Source: Glaucostegus cemiculus (Eukaryota). Taken from it: DNA of 64,000 nucleotides. The notes under the pieces were generated by a model. That model had not been told where the DNA came from and searched no databases. It worked only from the letters and a program-made list of their open reading frames with translations. The DNA is taken from the NCBI GenBank assembly GCA_976551045.1, contig CDPCPM010000056.1, positions 21,762,001 through 21,826,000 of the forward strand, written 5' to 3'. Both the position numbers and the translations under genes were made by a program. Positions 11,340 to 23,079 of the stretch are shown here, piece by piece. Each line of letters begins with the position of its first letter. The first letter of the stretch is position 1.

Positions 11340-13640
11340 AGAAATTCCAACCCTATCTATCGCTTGATGCACATTGTTACTTTACTACGCTTTGAGGTTT
11401 CCTTCACCTGAGCTGAAGAGTAATCACGGACATTAATAAAACTTGAAATAAGATCCTTGTTAAAACCTCTACTTTTAGAGTTTAGATTACTTTTAGGGAA
11501 TAGATCCATATGTTTATTATGATCGCTGCGGTGAGAACAAACCTTTTCTGATGCTTGTTACTGTTAGGTATCAATTCATTAAGGTTCAAGGCATCCAGCA
11601 GCATTGATGCCTTTGAGCTGGCTCAGCAGATAATCAAATTAAAGAATAAATAGCAATGCAGAAAGCAAAAAGGAACATTTTTTAATTATTTTAAGTTATT
11701 TTAGTTAATGTTTTACATGCTATAGAATACTAAAAAAGAACAAATACGTAAGGTTGGGGAGTTGAAATATCATTAAAATGCAAGAAAATAAGAAATCTTT
11801 TTTTAAATAAAATTATTTTGAGGTTTTTGTATGAGGGGATTAGAATGTGCATATACAAAATGATGCTGTTAGAGCCTGATAGTTTAACAGGCAATACTTT
11901 TCATGGATTTCCTGGAACAAAACACAAGATTTTCAAGGTTTTTTTCACAAATCTTTAACTGGCTTAAATTCATTTTAAATTAATTTCTTGCCTGCTTAGG
12001 AGAAAGCTGCAGACACCTAACCTCTGGAGAAGAATTGAATCACGAACAGCATCCTCAGGATTTTTGTGTTAAACAATGCATGGGAATTCAGAAGTTGCAG
12101 GCAGTTTCCTGATGTAATGACAGCTGTCATTACTACTGCCAAATCCAAACCATTATTTTGGTTAATGACACGTATAAATAAATAACAAAAGTACCTATTT
12201 ATCTTACTGTAGTGCATTAGTTGTGGCAGCAACTTAAAAAAAACCTAACAATGCAAGTTCTCCAGGTTTTCCTTGTATATTTCCAAAGATTATCTCTCCC
12301 AACGTCACAATAAAGCAAGCATGGTAATTCTCAAACATGTGCTTTATATGCTTTATACGACCATGATGTGATTGATTCATTTGAAGCTGGTTAATCAGAA
12401 TACACTGGTGGTAACAGAATCATCTCATTTATCAGGCTATCTCCATTAAACAAAGCTAATCTGCACTGATTTAAATACTTCAGGAATCAATTGGTGTCTA
12501 AGAAAATCTTTCCCATAAAGAAATATCTCCATCAGTTACAGTCCCCTGCTCTATTAACAGGCATCAATTACTGAATGCTACACATAAGATCAAACAAAAG
12601 CTGAGGTATACAATTTAGAATGTTCTAAAAACCAAAATTTCCATTAAATCTTAGTACAATGTATAGCTAGATGTTGATGCATTCTGCACCCCACCCCCCG
12701 CCCCGCCTTTGTGTTATATTCTAGATCCCCTGTGGCTGCTCAGAATGCAGTAAGACATGTTGCTGACATTTATACTGGAGTACTAGTAGTCTTATTCATA
12801 GAGTTGCCTGGAGCTAGCATGTTCTCTGACCATTGAGCAAAATGACAAGATGCATATCTGACTGCTTATGACCATGATTCTTTGCCAGAACTTTAGCCCT
12901 GAAGTGATCAGATGACTGCAACAGTTTTGCTTCTTAAAAAAATTAAATGCACTCATCTCAGTTAAAAGCATGAAAATTACACCCTTGATGTATCTGTGCA
13001 ACTGCTGTCAAACTCGAACTTTATCAAATTGAAGAATAGTATGAAATATATACTATTTAGGGGGGAAAATAAAGGTTTATATGAATCACAAGTTATTTGA
13101 TTCCTTTGTTACATTCAATGAAATAAAACATGATGTCACTGCAATTCATATCAAGTGCTAGAACAGGATTTCAGTTCATGATACTTACAAATAAGAAAGT
13201 CTCACTGAAAATGTAATAAAATCACCATCAGTAAAAAAAAGTCTAAGTTGGTCTCGTCTGATCACAGTGTGACACATTTGCTGGTTCAGATGATGTTTGT
13301 AAAACTGTGAAATATGAAACTATCGATGTTAATAGTTTGCAATTCATTCTAACAGCATTTATTTTCCTCCTATTACTGATTAGTTGATAAATATGCCCTG
13401 CTAAACGGTGAAGGAGATGGGAAAGGGCATACTCAATGAAATAAATACAAAGAAACACCTGGTTTCAGTGGTTACCACATCCAGAGTCTTCCTTTAGCCA
13501 GGTATCATCTACCTGACACTGTTTGTGTGTGAGCCATACAGGAATGCTCTCCATAATTGATAACAGCAATTAACTCTTTCCACCAATTAACCCTTCAGTA
13601 TAATTGCATGGAGTTCAAAGGAATTCACTTGATTAGTATT
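11340..13640. promoter_or_regulatory. Cluster of candidate conserved non-coding elements
   Basis: About 2.3 kb with no recognisable TE. Contains the palindrome TAATGACAGCTGTCATTA (12115-12132), other TALE/homeodomain motifs and scattered retained CpGs. Inference only. Confidence 0.35.
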
Positions 13641-14109
13641 TCTGCTACTGGACTTGATATGTATCTCTTCTAACACTGTAGCTACCATATCTACAGTCTG
13701 CCAAATGCACTAGAACAGCCTGCTAACATTCTTTCTGTGACTACTATCATGCAGAAGGAAAAGGCTGTCAACATTTCAGATCACTATCTCTTGAAACTTC
13801 CACACCAAGTTGCAAGTTATAATGGTTTGGATGTAATTTGTTGTTCCTTCAAGTTGTGAGGTCAAAGTCCTGGAATTACTTACCAAACATAATAAAGGGA
13901 GCTCATCATCATTGCATTTTTTGGGATTCAGGAAGGCAGCAAAAATGCAAAATATGGCAGACCACCCCATTAAAAATAACTACTGCTCAGGCCATGATGC
14001 AAAGTGCAGCAAAACATGATTAACTGATGCCATATACTACTGACAACATTACAAAGTGTAATCATTTCAATGCTTGAATGCACTGTTTTCTCCATTCATG
14101 ATAATGTAA

Positions 14110-14210
14110 TTATATAGGGTCCTTGTGAGACTGCACCTGAAATATTATGTACAGGACTAGTCTTCCAGCCTGAGGAATGATTATACTTGTGTTAGTGGGA
14201 GTGCAACTGT
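14110..14210 (+). mobile_element. Short CR1 LINE fragment
   Basis: TATAGGGTCCTTGTGAGACTGCACCTGAAATATTATGTACAG reads YRVLVRLHLKYYVQ, a decayed Y..LVRPHLEYCVQ motif. Confidence 0.7.
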
Positions 14211-14929
14211 AACCTTTGGCTTCACCCGTGAACTGTGATGCCCTGGTATAATTCCAATTTTCTCTCTGGCCAGAGTTTCAGCTTGATCAAGATCATTTGC
14301 AGTTTTACCATCCTGTATGATCTAGTGTGGATTTTTAAATCTTACCATATAGCCAACAAAGAGTCAACCTACTGTATTTCCAGTTCTTTGAAATTACCAG
14401 TCTTCCTTCTCTTTTATATCTACAATTGAAATCTCTTGGGTGCCTTTGTCACCTTCAGGATCAAACCATTTCCCCGTTTGCCTCCTATCCTGCAGACGAT
14501 AAATTCCACTATCTAATATTCTGCTATGGATATCTTGTCCCTAACTAAAGCCACTTGCCCATAGGTGTCTTCATTTGTAAATTTCCTTGTGCTCCAATCA
14601 ATTTCTTTAACAAACTCCCCTTAATCCCTTTTTAATATTCAAAAGACTATATTTTGTGGGTATTGTTTTTAATGAGAGGCAGACAAAATGACTTTCACAA
14701 AAAATCATTATTTATACATCATGAATAGTAGGGAAAAGGGTGTAGTGCATGAAGTAATCAGTTTTGTGCAACCCAAATAACTTTATAGGAATATTTGAAA
14801 AAGTATTAGTTACGTTTTTTTCTTTTGCCTTTAATTAATTCCTGCCATCCACTCATGTTACAGACCATTTTCTTCGTTATTTCCTTTCCACTTTTACCCT
14901 GGCTTTGTATTTGTTTAAATAGTATTTCT

Positions 14930-15045
14930 ATTATCTTCCAATTCTGATGGAAGGTTATTAATCTAAGATATATATTTTTTCTTCTCTATCTCGCTACTGC
15001 CTGAACTTTTGGATGTTTTCCAGCATCTAGTGTATTTTATTTTTC
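14930..15045 (+). mobile_element. Penelope-like terminal fragment with degenerate hammerhead core, abutting the ERI3 branch point
   Basis: TTCTGATGGAAGGTTATTAATCT...CTGCCTGA...TTTTCCAGCATCT..TGTATTTTATTT is colinear with the other copies. Confidence 0.55.
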
Positions 15046-15078
15046 ACTAATTCTTTACATTCTCTTTGTCCTTTATAG

Positions 15079-15178
15079 GCATATAGCTTCGCCATGGGAA
15101 ATTATCCAAAGAATGGGCTGCCATTCATGATCAAAGGGTTGAATTTGCAACACATTGGGAAACTACATAGTGGAATTG
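15079..15178 (+). CDS. ERI3: Internal (penultimate) coding exon of ERI1 exoribonuclease family member 3, a DEDDh 3'-5' exonuclease
   Basis: Branch-like CACTAAT (15045-15051), pyrimidine tract and TAG acceptor, then 100 nt (phase 0 to phase 1), then G|GTGAGT donor. The translation AYSFAMGNYPKNGLPFMIKGLNLQHIGKLHSGI matches vertebrate ERI3 AYSFAMGCWPKNGLLDMNKGLSLQHIGRPHSGI(DD), recalled from memory. Too short for the ORF track. Confidence 0.92.
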
Positions 15179-15731
15179 GTGAGTAAATTAATGTTACTAT
15201 TCATCTAAAACCATTGGCATAATCGTGGGATAATGTGGATGGAAACCCCATTTGTGCATGTTATATTATTTGCACTTCAAACACAGTTTAAGTATATAGG
15301 AAGTTGATCTTAATCAAAATAACAGTCAAACTACAATTCAGTAATTTGTTTTTGTTTGTGCATTGCTGTAATAGTTTAGTGATTCTATTTAAAACTTTGC
15401 ATTGTTGATATTCAAGACAGATTATTGTAGCAATGCCTTACACAAGAAAAATGTGATATGCTTTGAGTACTTTAGAATCCAAGGAGCATGTCCTGCATGA
15501 TCTTGGTATTTTTGCTTTTCCTGCCATGTGATAAGACACAATGGGTGTAAAATTCAACTAGAGCAGGGATGCAGTAAGAGCAAATCAGCTGACTCTTATT
15601 TACCCTGCCTAATTTTCCTTCCTGTTGTTCTCAGTATAAAAACTTAAAATCTGTGCACATCTTTTCTCATAAAGTAGCAGTGGCAAGGTATGAATATTTA
15701 CTTTCAGTTTTTGTGAAGTTTACCTTGTGTG

Positions 15732-17380
15732 ATAGAAGATTTATGACAGAGAAGGAAACCATTCAGCCCATCGCATCTGAACTGGTCAAAAAAAAGAGCT
15801 ACCCAGCCTAATCCCAGCCTTCAGCCCAGCAGGTCATGACTCAAGTATATATCCAAATACTTTTCAAATGTAATGAGATTTTCTGCCTCAATCATCCTTT
15901 GAGGCACTGAGATCCAGACCCCTTTGGTCCTCTGGATGAAATTTCTATTCCTCATTCTCCCATCTAATCCTTCTGCCAATAACTAGTCCCTGGTTTTAGA
16001 CCCTTCTGCAAAGGGAAGCAAGTGCTTAGCACATTCCTCATAATCATATACATCTCAATGTATATGATTATGAGCAGTCTCCCCTCAGCCTCCTCTGTTC
16101 CAATCATTCCTCAGAACTAAAATTTTCTAATCCTTGCAACATTCTCAGAAATCAACTGCACAGCCTCTCTAATGCTATGATATCTTTTCTGTAATATGGT
16201 CAGCTGTATGTAGTATCAAGCTGTTACTAAATTTTTGTATTCCCTACCCTAACATCCCATGCCTCAGCTAATGACTGGAAGTATCCTGTATGCCTTTTTA
16301 ACCACCTGGATCTAATTGCCACTCTTCCTAGGATTCCATGCTGTTTTACTTTTTGGACAGCCTGCCATATGAGACTTTGTCAAAGGTCTTGCTAAAATCT
16401 ACAAAGGCTACAACAAGAATACTATCCTTCTCAAAAAGGTAGATTGTTAGTTAGACATGGTCTTCCCTTAATAAATCCACTGTCCCTGATTTTTCTGAAT
16501 GAAGGTTTAGAATGAATTCCAATAATTTGTTCACCATTGAAGCTAAATTAACTGGCCTGTAATTAGTTGCTTTAGTCCTTCCTTGCTTTTCAAACTATGG
16601 TACAACTTTAGCTGTCCTCCAATCTTAGGCACCATTCCTGTTGCTGGGGAGACTTCAAAAAAGTGTAGTCAGAGCTTCTGCATTTTCCTCCCTTGCTACC
16701 TTTTAACACCCTAGGAAATATTCCATTTGGGCCTGGTGATTTATACATTTTCAAAGATGTTAAACTCATTAGTACTTCTGTGTTACAATGTTTATCCCAT
16801 CTAATGTTTCACACACAACATCGACAACATCCTTCCCTTTCGTGAAGATGGTCATAAAATATTAATTCAGAACCTTACCCACTTCCCCCTCCTCTGCACT
16901 CTGGTTACTTTATTGATTCCTAATCAGCCCTACTTTTCGTTATTGTTTTGTTCTTCATGCAATTATAAAACATTTTTGGATTTTCTCTGATTTCACTTGC
17001 CAATTTTTTTATATACCTTCTCTTTGCTTTCCTAACTTCCCTTGTAATTTCACTTCTACACTTCCAATACTCTTAGGTTTCTTGCTGTCTTAAACTTATA
17101 GTGTATGATATAACTGCCCCTTTCTTATCGTACCTTAATGCACTCTGCCATCCAGGGGCTCTAGATTTGGCAGTCCTGTGCTTTTTCTTCATGAAAACAC
17201 ATGTTCATGCTGAGTCTGTTGAAACTGCTTAAATGCCACTCATTGCTCTGAGACCTTCAAATAGCTGTTTCTGTTCCACTTTTGCCAAGGCATTTCACAG
17301 TCTAATAAAACTGGCCTGTTCCTATTTAGAACATATAACTTCAATTTTATTTTTGTTCTTTTCCATGACTATGCTACATG
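15732..17380 (-). mobile_element. Old CR1 LINE, heavily decayed
   Basis: Reversed CR1 tail ATAGAAG...AGAAGGAAACCATTCAGCCCATC. ACTTTGTCAAAGGTCTTGCTAAAATC is a reversed DFSK.FDKV. ACTGGCCTGTAATT is a reversed NYRPV. Confidence 0.85.
16037..16074. repeat. Perfect 17-bp inverted repeat with 4-nt spacer
   Basis: CTCATAATCATATACAT-CTCA-ATGTATATGATTATGAG. Confidence 0.95.
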
Positions 17381-19189
17381 AATTTAAAAGAAACATCAAG
17401 AGTTAGAACCATTGTTTGTAACTCTTGCTTCTACCTCTTTAACTTAATATTAAATTCATTGACAATGAGATCCTTATTCATAAGCTGTTCCCTTACACGC
17501 ATACTGTTAACTGAACCTTGCTGTTCATCACTATACCTGGTATAACTTTATCTATTGTTGGTTGGAAAATGTATCATTCCAGGAATTAATTGAAAATTAA
17601 TATTTTCTACCATAACCACTTTGTTTCTGATGCATGCTTCCCTGGTATATATATCATTTAATACCTTATCCAGGGGTGTGTTCATTGAGTGGAACACAGC
17701 ATTTAAAAAGTGTGGTTGTCCCAGATTGTTACAGCAGCTCCTAAGAGACTCGCATTCACATTTGAGGAGAACACATCTCAACTAGAGGCATCTTTTCTGC
17801 AGGGCTTATGTTTTGACACTCTTACTCTACAGCAGACTTATTTACTAACCATTTGAGTTTTCAACTAACATTCTCTTCATTTTAGTAAAATTATTTTTAA
17901 GGACAAGCAAACTCTATATAATTTCCACATTCTGACAAATGGCAATGAACATGAAGTCTTTATCTTTTGCCAGATTCATATTGGAATCCCAATCAAATAC
18001 GGAATTCTGGCTTCTGTTCCTCATGCAAATTCAGTCTGATTATTTTTCACTGATGCTGCACATTCCATGTCTTATGTTATGGGCTCATTATTGTAATTGA
18101 ACGTGTGCCTGACCCAAGGTGATTGCAGATCACCAACATCTAGTGCAAATTAAAAGGTTCTCAAATAAAATTCTTACATTCTTGCAACTTTCATTTAATT
18201 GATTTTAGAGGTGAAGTTCAGTTTAAATTAGTGTAGTTCACTCTTTGCTGCATTTATAAAATATACACTAATGCTCACAAGTACAGATGTTTTACTTTTA
18301 AGATCAAGAAAGATTTACAGTTTGTATTATATCCGTGACTCTTGTTAACATAGCATATAATATGCTCTGAAAGGGTTTAATGTTCTCTTTCTTTAATTCC
18401 TTGCATGGTTGTAACTGCTAGGGCTTTAAAAGTCTTCACAGTAATTGAAAAAAAAATTTTTCATCATATCTCAGGCTAAACATGACTCAGTTCCAAGTGT
18501 TAGGAGCTTATTCCTGATGCCCTCCGGCAGTTTCTAATTCAAATGCATCCATTATATACAGGCTTCCGAGGTGGTTTATTATAGTTTGAACAAACAAATT
18601 TCTATTAAGAACTCATTTGTGCAGAAAGTGATCGTATCAATCACAATCTCAATGTAAAAAATATGATACTGAATGTGTCAATGTTGAAAACCACTGAGAA
18701 ATCAATTTAAAGAAGCTTTGTTGTTGGAATATTGATCTAAAAGTTATAATTAAATCAATTTTTTACATTTGTATTGTTATCTGCTATTTTTTAATCCCTG
18801 CAATTCTTACATCTTTCAAAAGCTTCTTTTAATCCATTGAGTTTGACAAGATTGATCTTCTTGTCCCAAAACTGAAAGTTAGTAAACTGACTTTCTCAGC
18901 TGTTTTTTTTATTTTCTGACTCACTTTTGTTGAAGTACGGTGGCCCTTTATGTTTAAAACTAAAAACATATTTCTTCTGTTAGGACTCCCATTTTGCCAC
19001 CAATTTGACTGAGGTGGTATTGCATTATGAATTGCCTCTAATATAGTATGTTTCTTCAAACTCAGTTTTTGGCTCCCCCACTGTTCACTCCATGCTCAGT
19101 TAAATTACCTCTTCCCAGGTACTATCTTGATGTTCTTGCACTTAATCCAGTTCAGTCCATGCATTTACTTATTGTGGCTGGATTGCTGC

Positions 19190-19615
19190 AACTTGACCTC
19201 AGGCATTAGGTTCTGTGATGTACATTGTGACCGCAGTACTTGAATGGTGAAGAGGATGAAGGTTTAGGGTGGTGGATGGCACACCAATCAAGCAGGTGCT
19301 TTGTCTTGAATAGTATTGAACTTCGAATGTTGTCAATGTTGTACTCCCCAAGTCAAGTAGAGAATATTCCATCACATTCCTGACTTGCAACTTGTAGGTC
19401 GTAGAAAGGCTTTGGTATGTCAGGGCATGAGTCACTTGCCACAGGATGATGAGCATCTGACTGCTTGAAGCCATAATATTTATGTGGCTGGTCCACATGA
19501 GTCTCTGGCCAATGGTGACACCCAGCAGGTGGGATCTGAGCAATGGTAATGCAGCTGAATGTCAAGGGTACATCATTTGATTCTCTTGTTGATGTGCATC
19601 ATTGTTCATTGTAAG
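19190..19615 (-). mobile_element. LINE family B, downstream-RT fragment
   Basis: The ORF at 19199-19543 contains WTSHINIMA...SLSTTYKLQVRNVMEYS, a C-terminal LINE ORF2 motif. Confidence 0.8.
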
Positions 19616-20490
19616 ATGTGAAGTGGACATAAGGAGGCTAGAAGGAGATTCAGAAGGGTTAAATGAGTGGGCAGAAGTCAGGTAGATGGAATAGAATAAG
19701 AAAATGTGAAATATTGGCAAGGAAAATAGAAAAGAAGCGTGTAAAGAAAGAAACATGTTATCTAAACACCAGGAGATTGTAGACCTCTGAGATGCATAAG
19801 GATCTGATCTATGCGTCCTGGTGGATGATTTACAACAGGCTAGTATGCTGACACAGCAAGTTATTGGGAAAACTAATGTAGTTTATTGGCAGGGAACTGA
19901 ATGCTTAAAAAGAAGTGTTTGACCTTTAGTTATACGGAGTGTTATTGAAACCACATCTGGAGTACTGTCTCATTATTTAAGGAAAGATGTTAATATGTTG
20001 GAAGCAGTTTAGAGAAGGTTTATTAGACTGATATCTGGAATGGGTGGGTTGCCTTATGAAAAATGGTTGAACAGACAAGGCTTGTTTTTATTGGAGTTTA
20101 AAAGACTGAGAAGCAACTTGATTTAAACAAATAAGATAATTAGGGATATTGAAAGGTTGAATTTAGAAATAATGTTTTTTCTTTTGAGAAAATGTAGAAG
20201 AAAGGGGTTACTATTTGAAATAATGATAGATGAGTGATTTTGTTTTTCACTTTGAGAGTTGTGAATCTTTAAAACTGTCTTCCTGAAAGGGTGTTGAAAA
20301 CAGAATCTTTGAATATTTTTAAGGCAGCGTTCGATAAATGTTTATAAGAACGGAGGGGAAAGGTTACCATAAGTAAAGGGGAAAGTGGAGTTCAGGTTAT
20401 AATTAGATCAACCATGATCTTATTCAACTGTGGAGCAGACTCAAGGGGCCAGGTGGTCTGTTCCTGCTCCTAATTCATTTGTTCATATAA
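19616..20490 (+). mobile_element. Old CR1 LINE 3' fragment
   Basis: GGTTAAATGAGTGGGCAGAAG..GATGGAATA, CCACATCTGGAGTACTGT (PHLEYC), and tail TGGAGCAGACTCAAGGGGCCAGGTGGTCTGTTCCTGCTCCTAATTC. Confidence 0.85.
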
Positions 20491-22330
20491 ATGCCGCTTC
20501 CTCAACAATCGGAGGATCTAGCAAGGAAATGTTTGATAAAAAGCTAAAGTACTCATCCAGAAGTGCTGAGTTGATGATCCATCTCAGCTTCCTTATGAGA
20601 TTTTCAGTCAATTTGATTCACTCCATGAATCCATATTTGGCCAACGGACCACATGTCGGACTGGAAAACATCTCAACTATAGTACAGAAAACCTGTGCTC
20701 CAAAACTAGCTGCATCTGTAGTCAAGCTGTTCCAGTACAGTTACAACATTGGCATCTTCCAAATAATGTAGGAATTGTCCAACTATGTCCTGTCCTCAAA
20801 AAGCAGTTCAAATCCAATGAAGCAAATCACTACCCAATCAGTCTAATGTTAGTCATCAGCAAAGTAATGGAAGGTGTCATCTGCAGTGCTATCAAGCAAC
20901 TCTTACCGACCAATAACCTGCTCACCAACATCCCAGTTTGTTTTTTTGCCAAGACCACTCAGCTTCAGACCTCATCACAGTCTCGATCCTAACACAGACC
21001 AAAGAGCTGAATTCCAGGAGTGAAATGAGAATTACTCATGGCAGCATTTAACTGAGTGTGGCATCAGAGAACTCTGATCACAATGGTCAATGGTCATTAA
21101 GGGGTAAACATTCCAATGATTAGAGTCACATCTGCAAAAAGAAAGATGATTGTGGTTGTTGGAGCTCCATCATCCAAAACATCAGTGTGGGAGATCCTCA
21201 GAGCAGTGTCCCAGGTCGAACAGTGATGATACTGAGTGTACCCTCAGAGAGCTCCAAACTTAAGTCAAGACTAACTCCTATCTGGCATAAGTATCTACGA
21301 GTACCCTCACTACAGGGAGATTATACTGTATCAACTGACACATCAAGGACTAGTTTATTTCACTACTTTAGTCTTTACGGAAAGGCTTAGCTGTCAATAA
21401 TCACCATTTCGAGCGGTGGGTCCCACCTCCCAACCAAGGAGCAGTTAGCGGAAAGCACAGTATTTAATTTTAAGTGAGACATGTTTAATTCTAGTGAGTA
21501 ATTCTTAATGACTTGTAATTTACGAAGGATTTTCAAACACAAGTACAATTCTTACAAGCTAAAAAGTCATACCAACAAGTTGCAGACGAACAAGTTTTCC
21601 ATGATACAAGCCAAAGGCTAAGGAATGAATTCTAGGTCTTCTTTCTGTAACCTCTTCTCTCTGTCATTCTTCCCTACCCTGACTGCTTTCTAACATTTAT
21701 ACTGTATTTTCACTTAGTTGACATCATTGGCATGTGATGTTTTTTCAACCACATTTTTATGCCAGGTGACTGGAGTGTTTAATTAATAAGCATAGATCCC
21801 ATTGTTCTCTTGTTTATGTTAAGAGACTGCGCAGGGAATATTGGTTAGAAGTTTAACTAAGCAAACAACAAACATCTCCAGCCTTGGACAATCTCTGCTG
21901 TTTTTGCAAATGGAATTTTAGCGTAATGAGCAACCACTTCTTGACCTTCGGACAGGTCATGTTGCTGTGCTAAAAAAACTGATGTTGGTAATAAACCTTT
22001 GTGGGGTTTCTGCTGTTGTGCTAAAATGCTACGGTTAGCAATAAGCTTTTTTGGGACTTGGAAAGTGAATATCCATCACACAACCATCTTCAGCTGCTTC
22101 ATTATAAGATTAAGAGTAAGGATATTTACAGATAATTGCACAGTGTTCAATTCCTTTTGTAATTCAACAACAAATGAAGCAGCCCATGCCTGCATGCAGT
22201 CAGACCCAGATAACATTCAGGCATGGGCTGATAAAGTGGGAAGCAAAACCCATGTTAAAAAAAGTGCCAGGGAATGACCAAGTCCAACAAGGGAGAGCCT
22301 GACTATTCATTGACATTATCACTGCTGTTT
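20490..22330 (+). mobile_element. LINE family B, RT-domain fragment split by the 21222-22080 insertion
   Basis: KTCAPKLAASVVKLFQYSYNIGI, ATCAGCAAAGTAATGGAAGGTGTCAT and GDPQSSVPG lie before the insertion. CAACCATCTTCAGCTGCTTCAT and IFTDNCTVF (FADDCT-like) resume after it. Confidence 0.85.
21222..22080. mobile_element. Probable solo LTR (859 bp)
   Basis: Interrupts LINE B cleanly. Termini AGTGATG...CATCACA form an inverted pair (TG...CA with the first base mutated). Flanks GAAC (21218-21221) and CAAC (22081-22084) look like a 4-bp TSD with one mismatch. The minus strand has TATAAA (~21700) upstream of AATAAA (~21357). Confidence 0.7.
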
Positions 22331-22489
22331 GAATTACCAATGTTATTTTGCTCAGAGTTAATGAGTATCATAAGATCATAAATTTACTATGTAAAGGAAG
22401 GCTCGTTTGCAATTCATTCATCCAGAATGATGATAGGAAGCAATCCACTGTAACATCCAGCTGTTTTGTCAAACCATTTCAGTTTATGC

Positions 22490-22845
22490 TTTGGCAACTT
22501 TTATTCATTCTCAAAGGGGGCCATTGTTTATTATCCATACTGAACATCTGGGTGCCTTGCTCAGGCTCTTTAATGGGGAGTTGAGAGTCAACTGCTATGA
22601 TGATGGACAAGAGTGAAATATAGATCAGAGTGGACAACTGTGTTTTCTGCTAAGGAAGCTTAATAAACAGTTGAATTTTTATCAGAGTCTGACAGCTTTG
22701 TTATCACTTGCGACAGTTTTAATTACAGTTTTTTTTTTAACAGAATTCAAAATCTCAAATGACTCTAGTGGGATTTAAGATTGCTTCTCTGTCTGGTTTC
22801 CTCTGGATTACTTGTCTCATAACATAATCTATACTACTGTAATAT
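22490..22845 (-). mobile_element. Old SINE-like repeat, same family as 31190-31390
   Basis: GGGAGTTGAGAGTCAAC, GAATTCAAAATCTCAAATG..GTGGGATTTAA and CTCTGGATTACT are reverse-complement homologues of the 31190 segment. Confidence 0.55.
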
Positions 22846-23079
22846 AATCTACATCACCATATCGTTTTATTCTGTAGTCTATTTCACGGGTTATACAGAG
22901 AAGAATCTCTCTGCATTAGTCCCTAAATTGTTTTTCAGTTATTTGAACCTACTTTCTTGTTGTTCAATTCATACATTTTAAAGTAATATTGATACTTCTG
23001 TTGACTTTTAAGACTTTACAAGACTATGTTAGAAACAATTTTTTATCCTCAAAAATACTTATTTTTTTCTTGTATTTTC

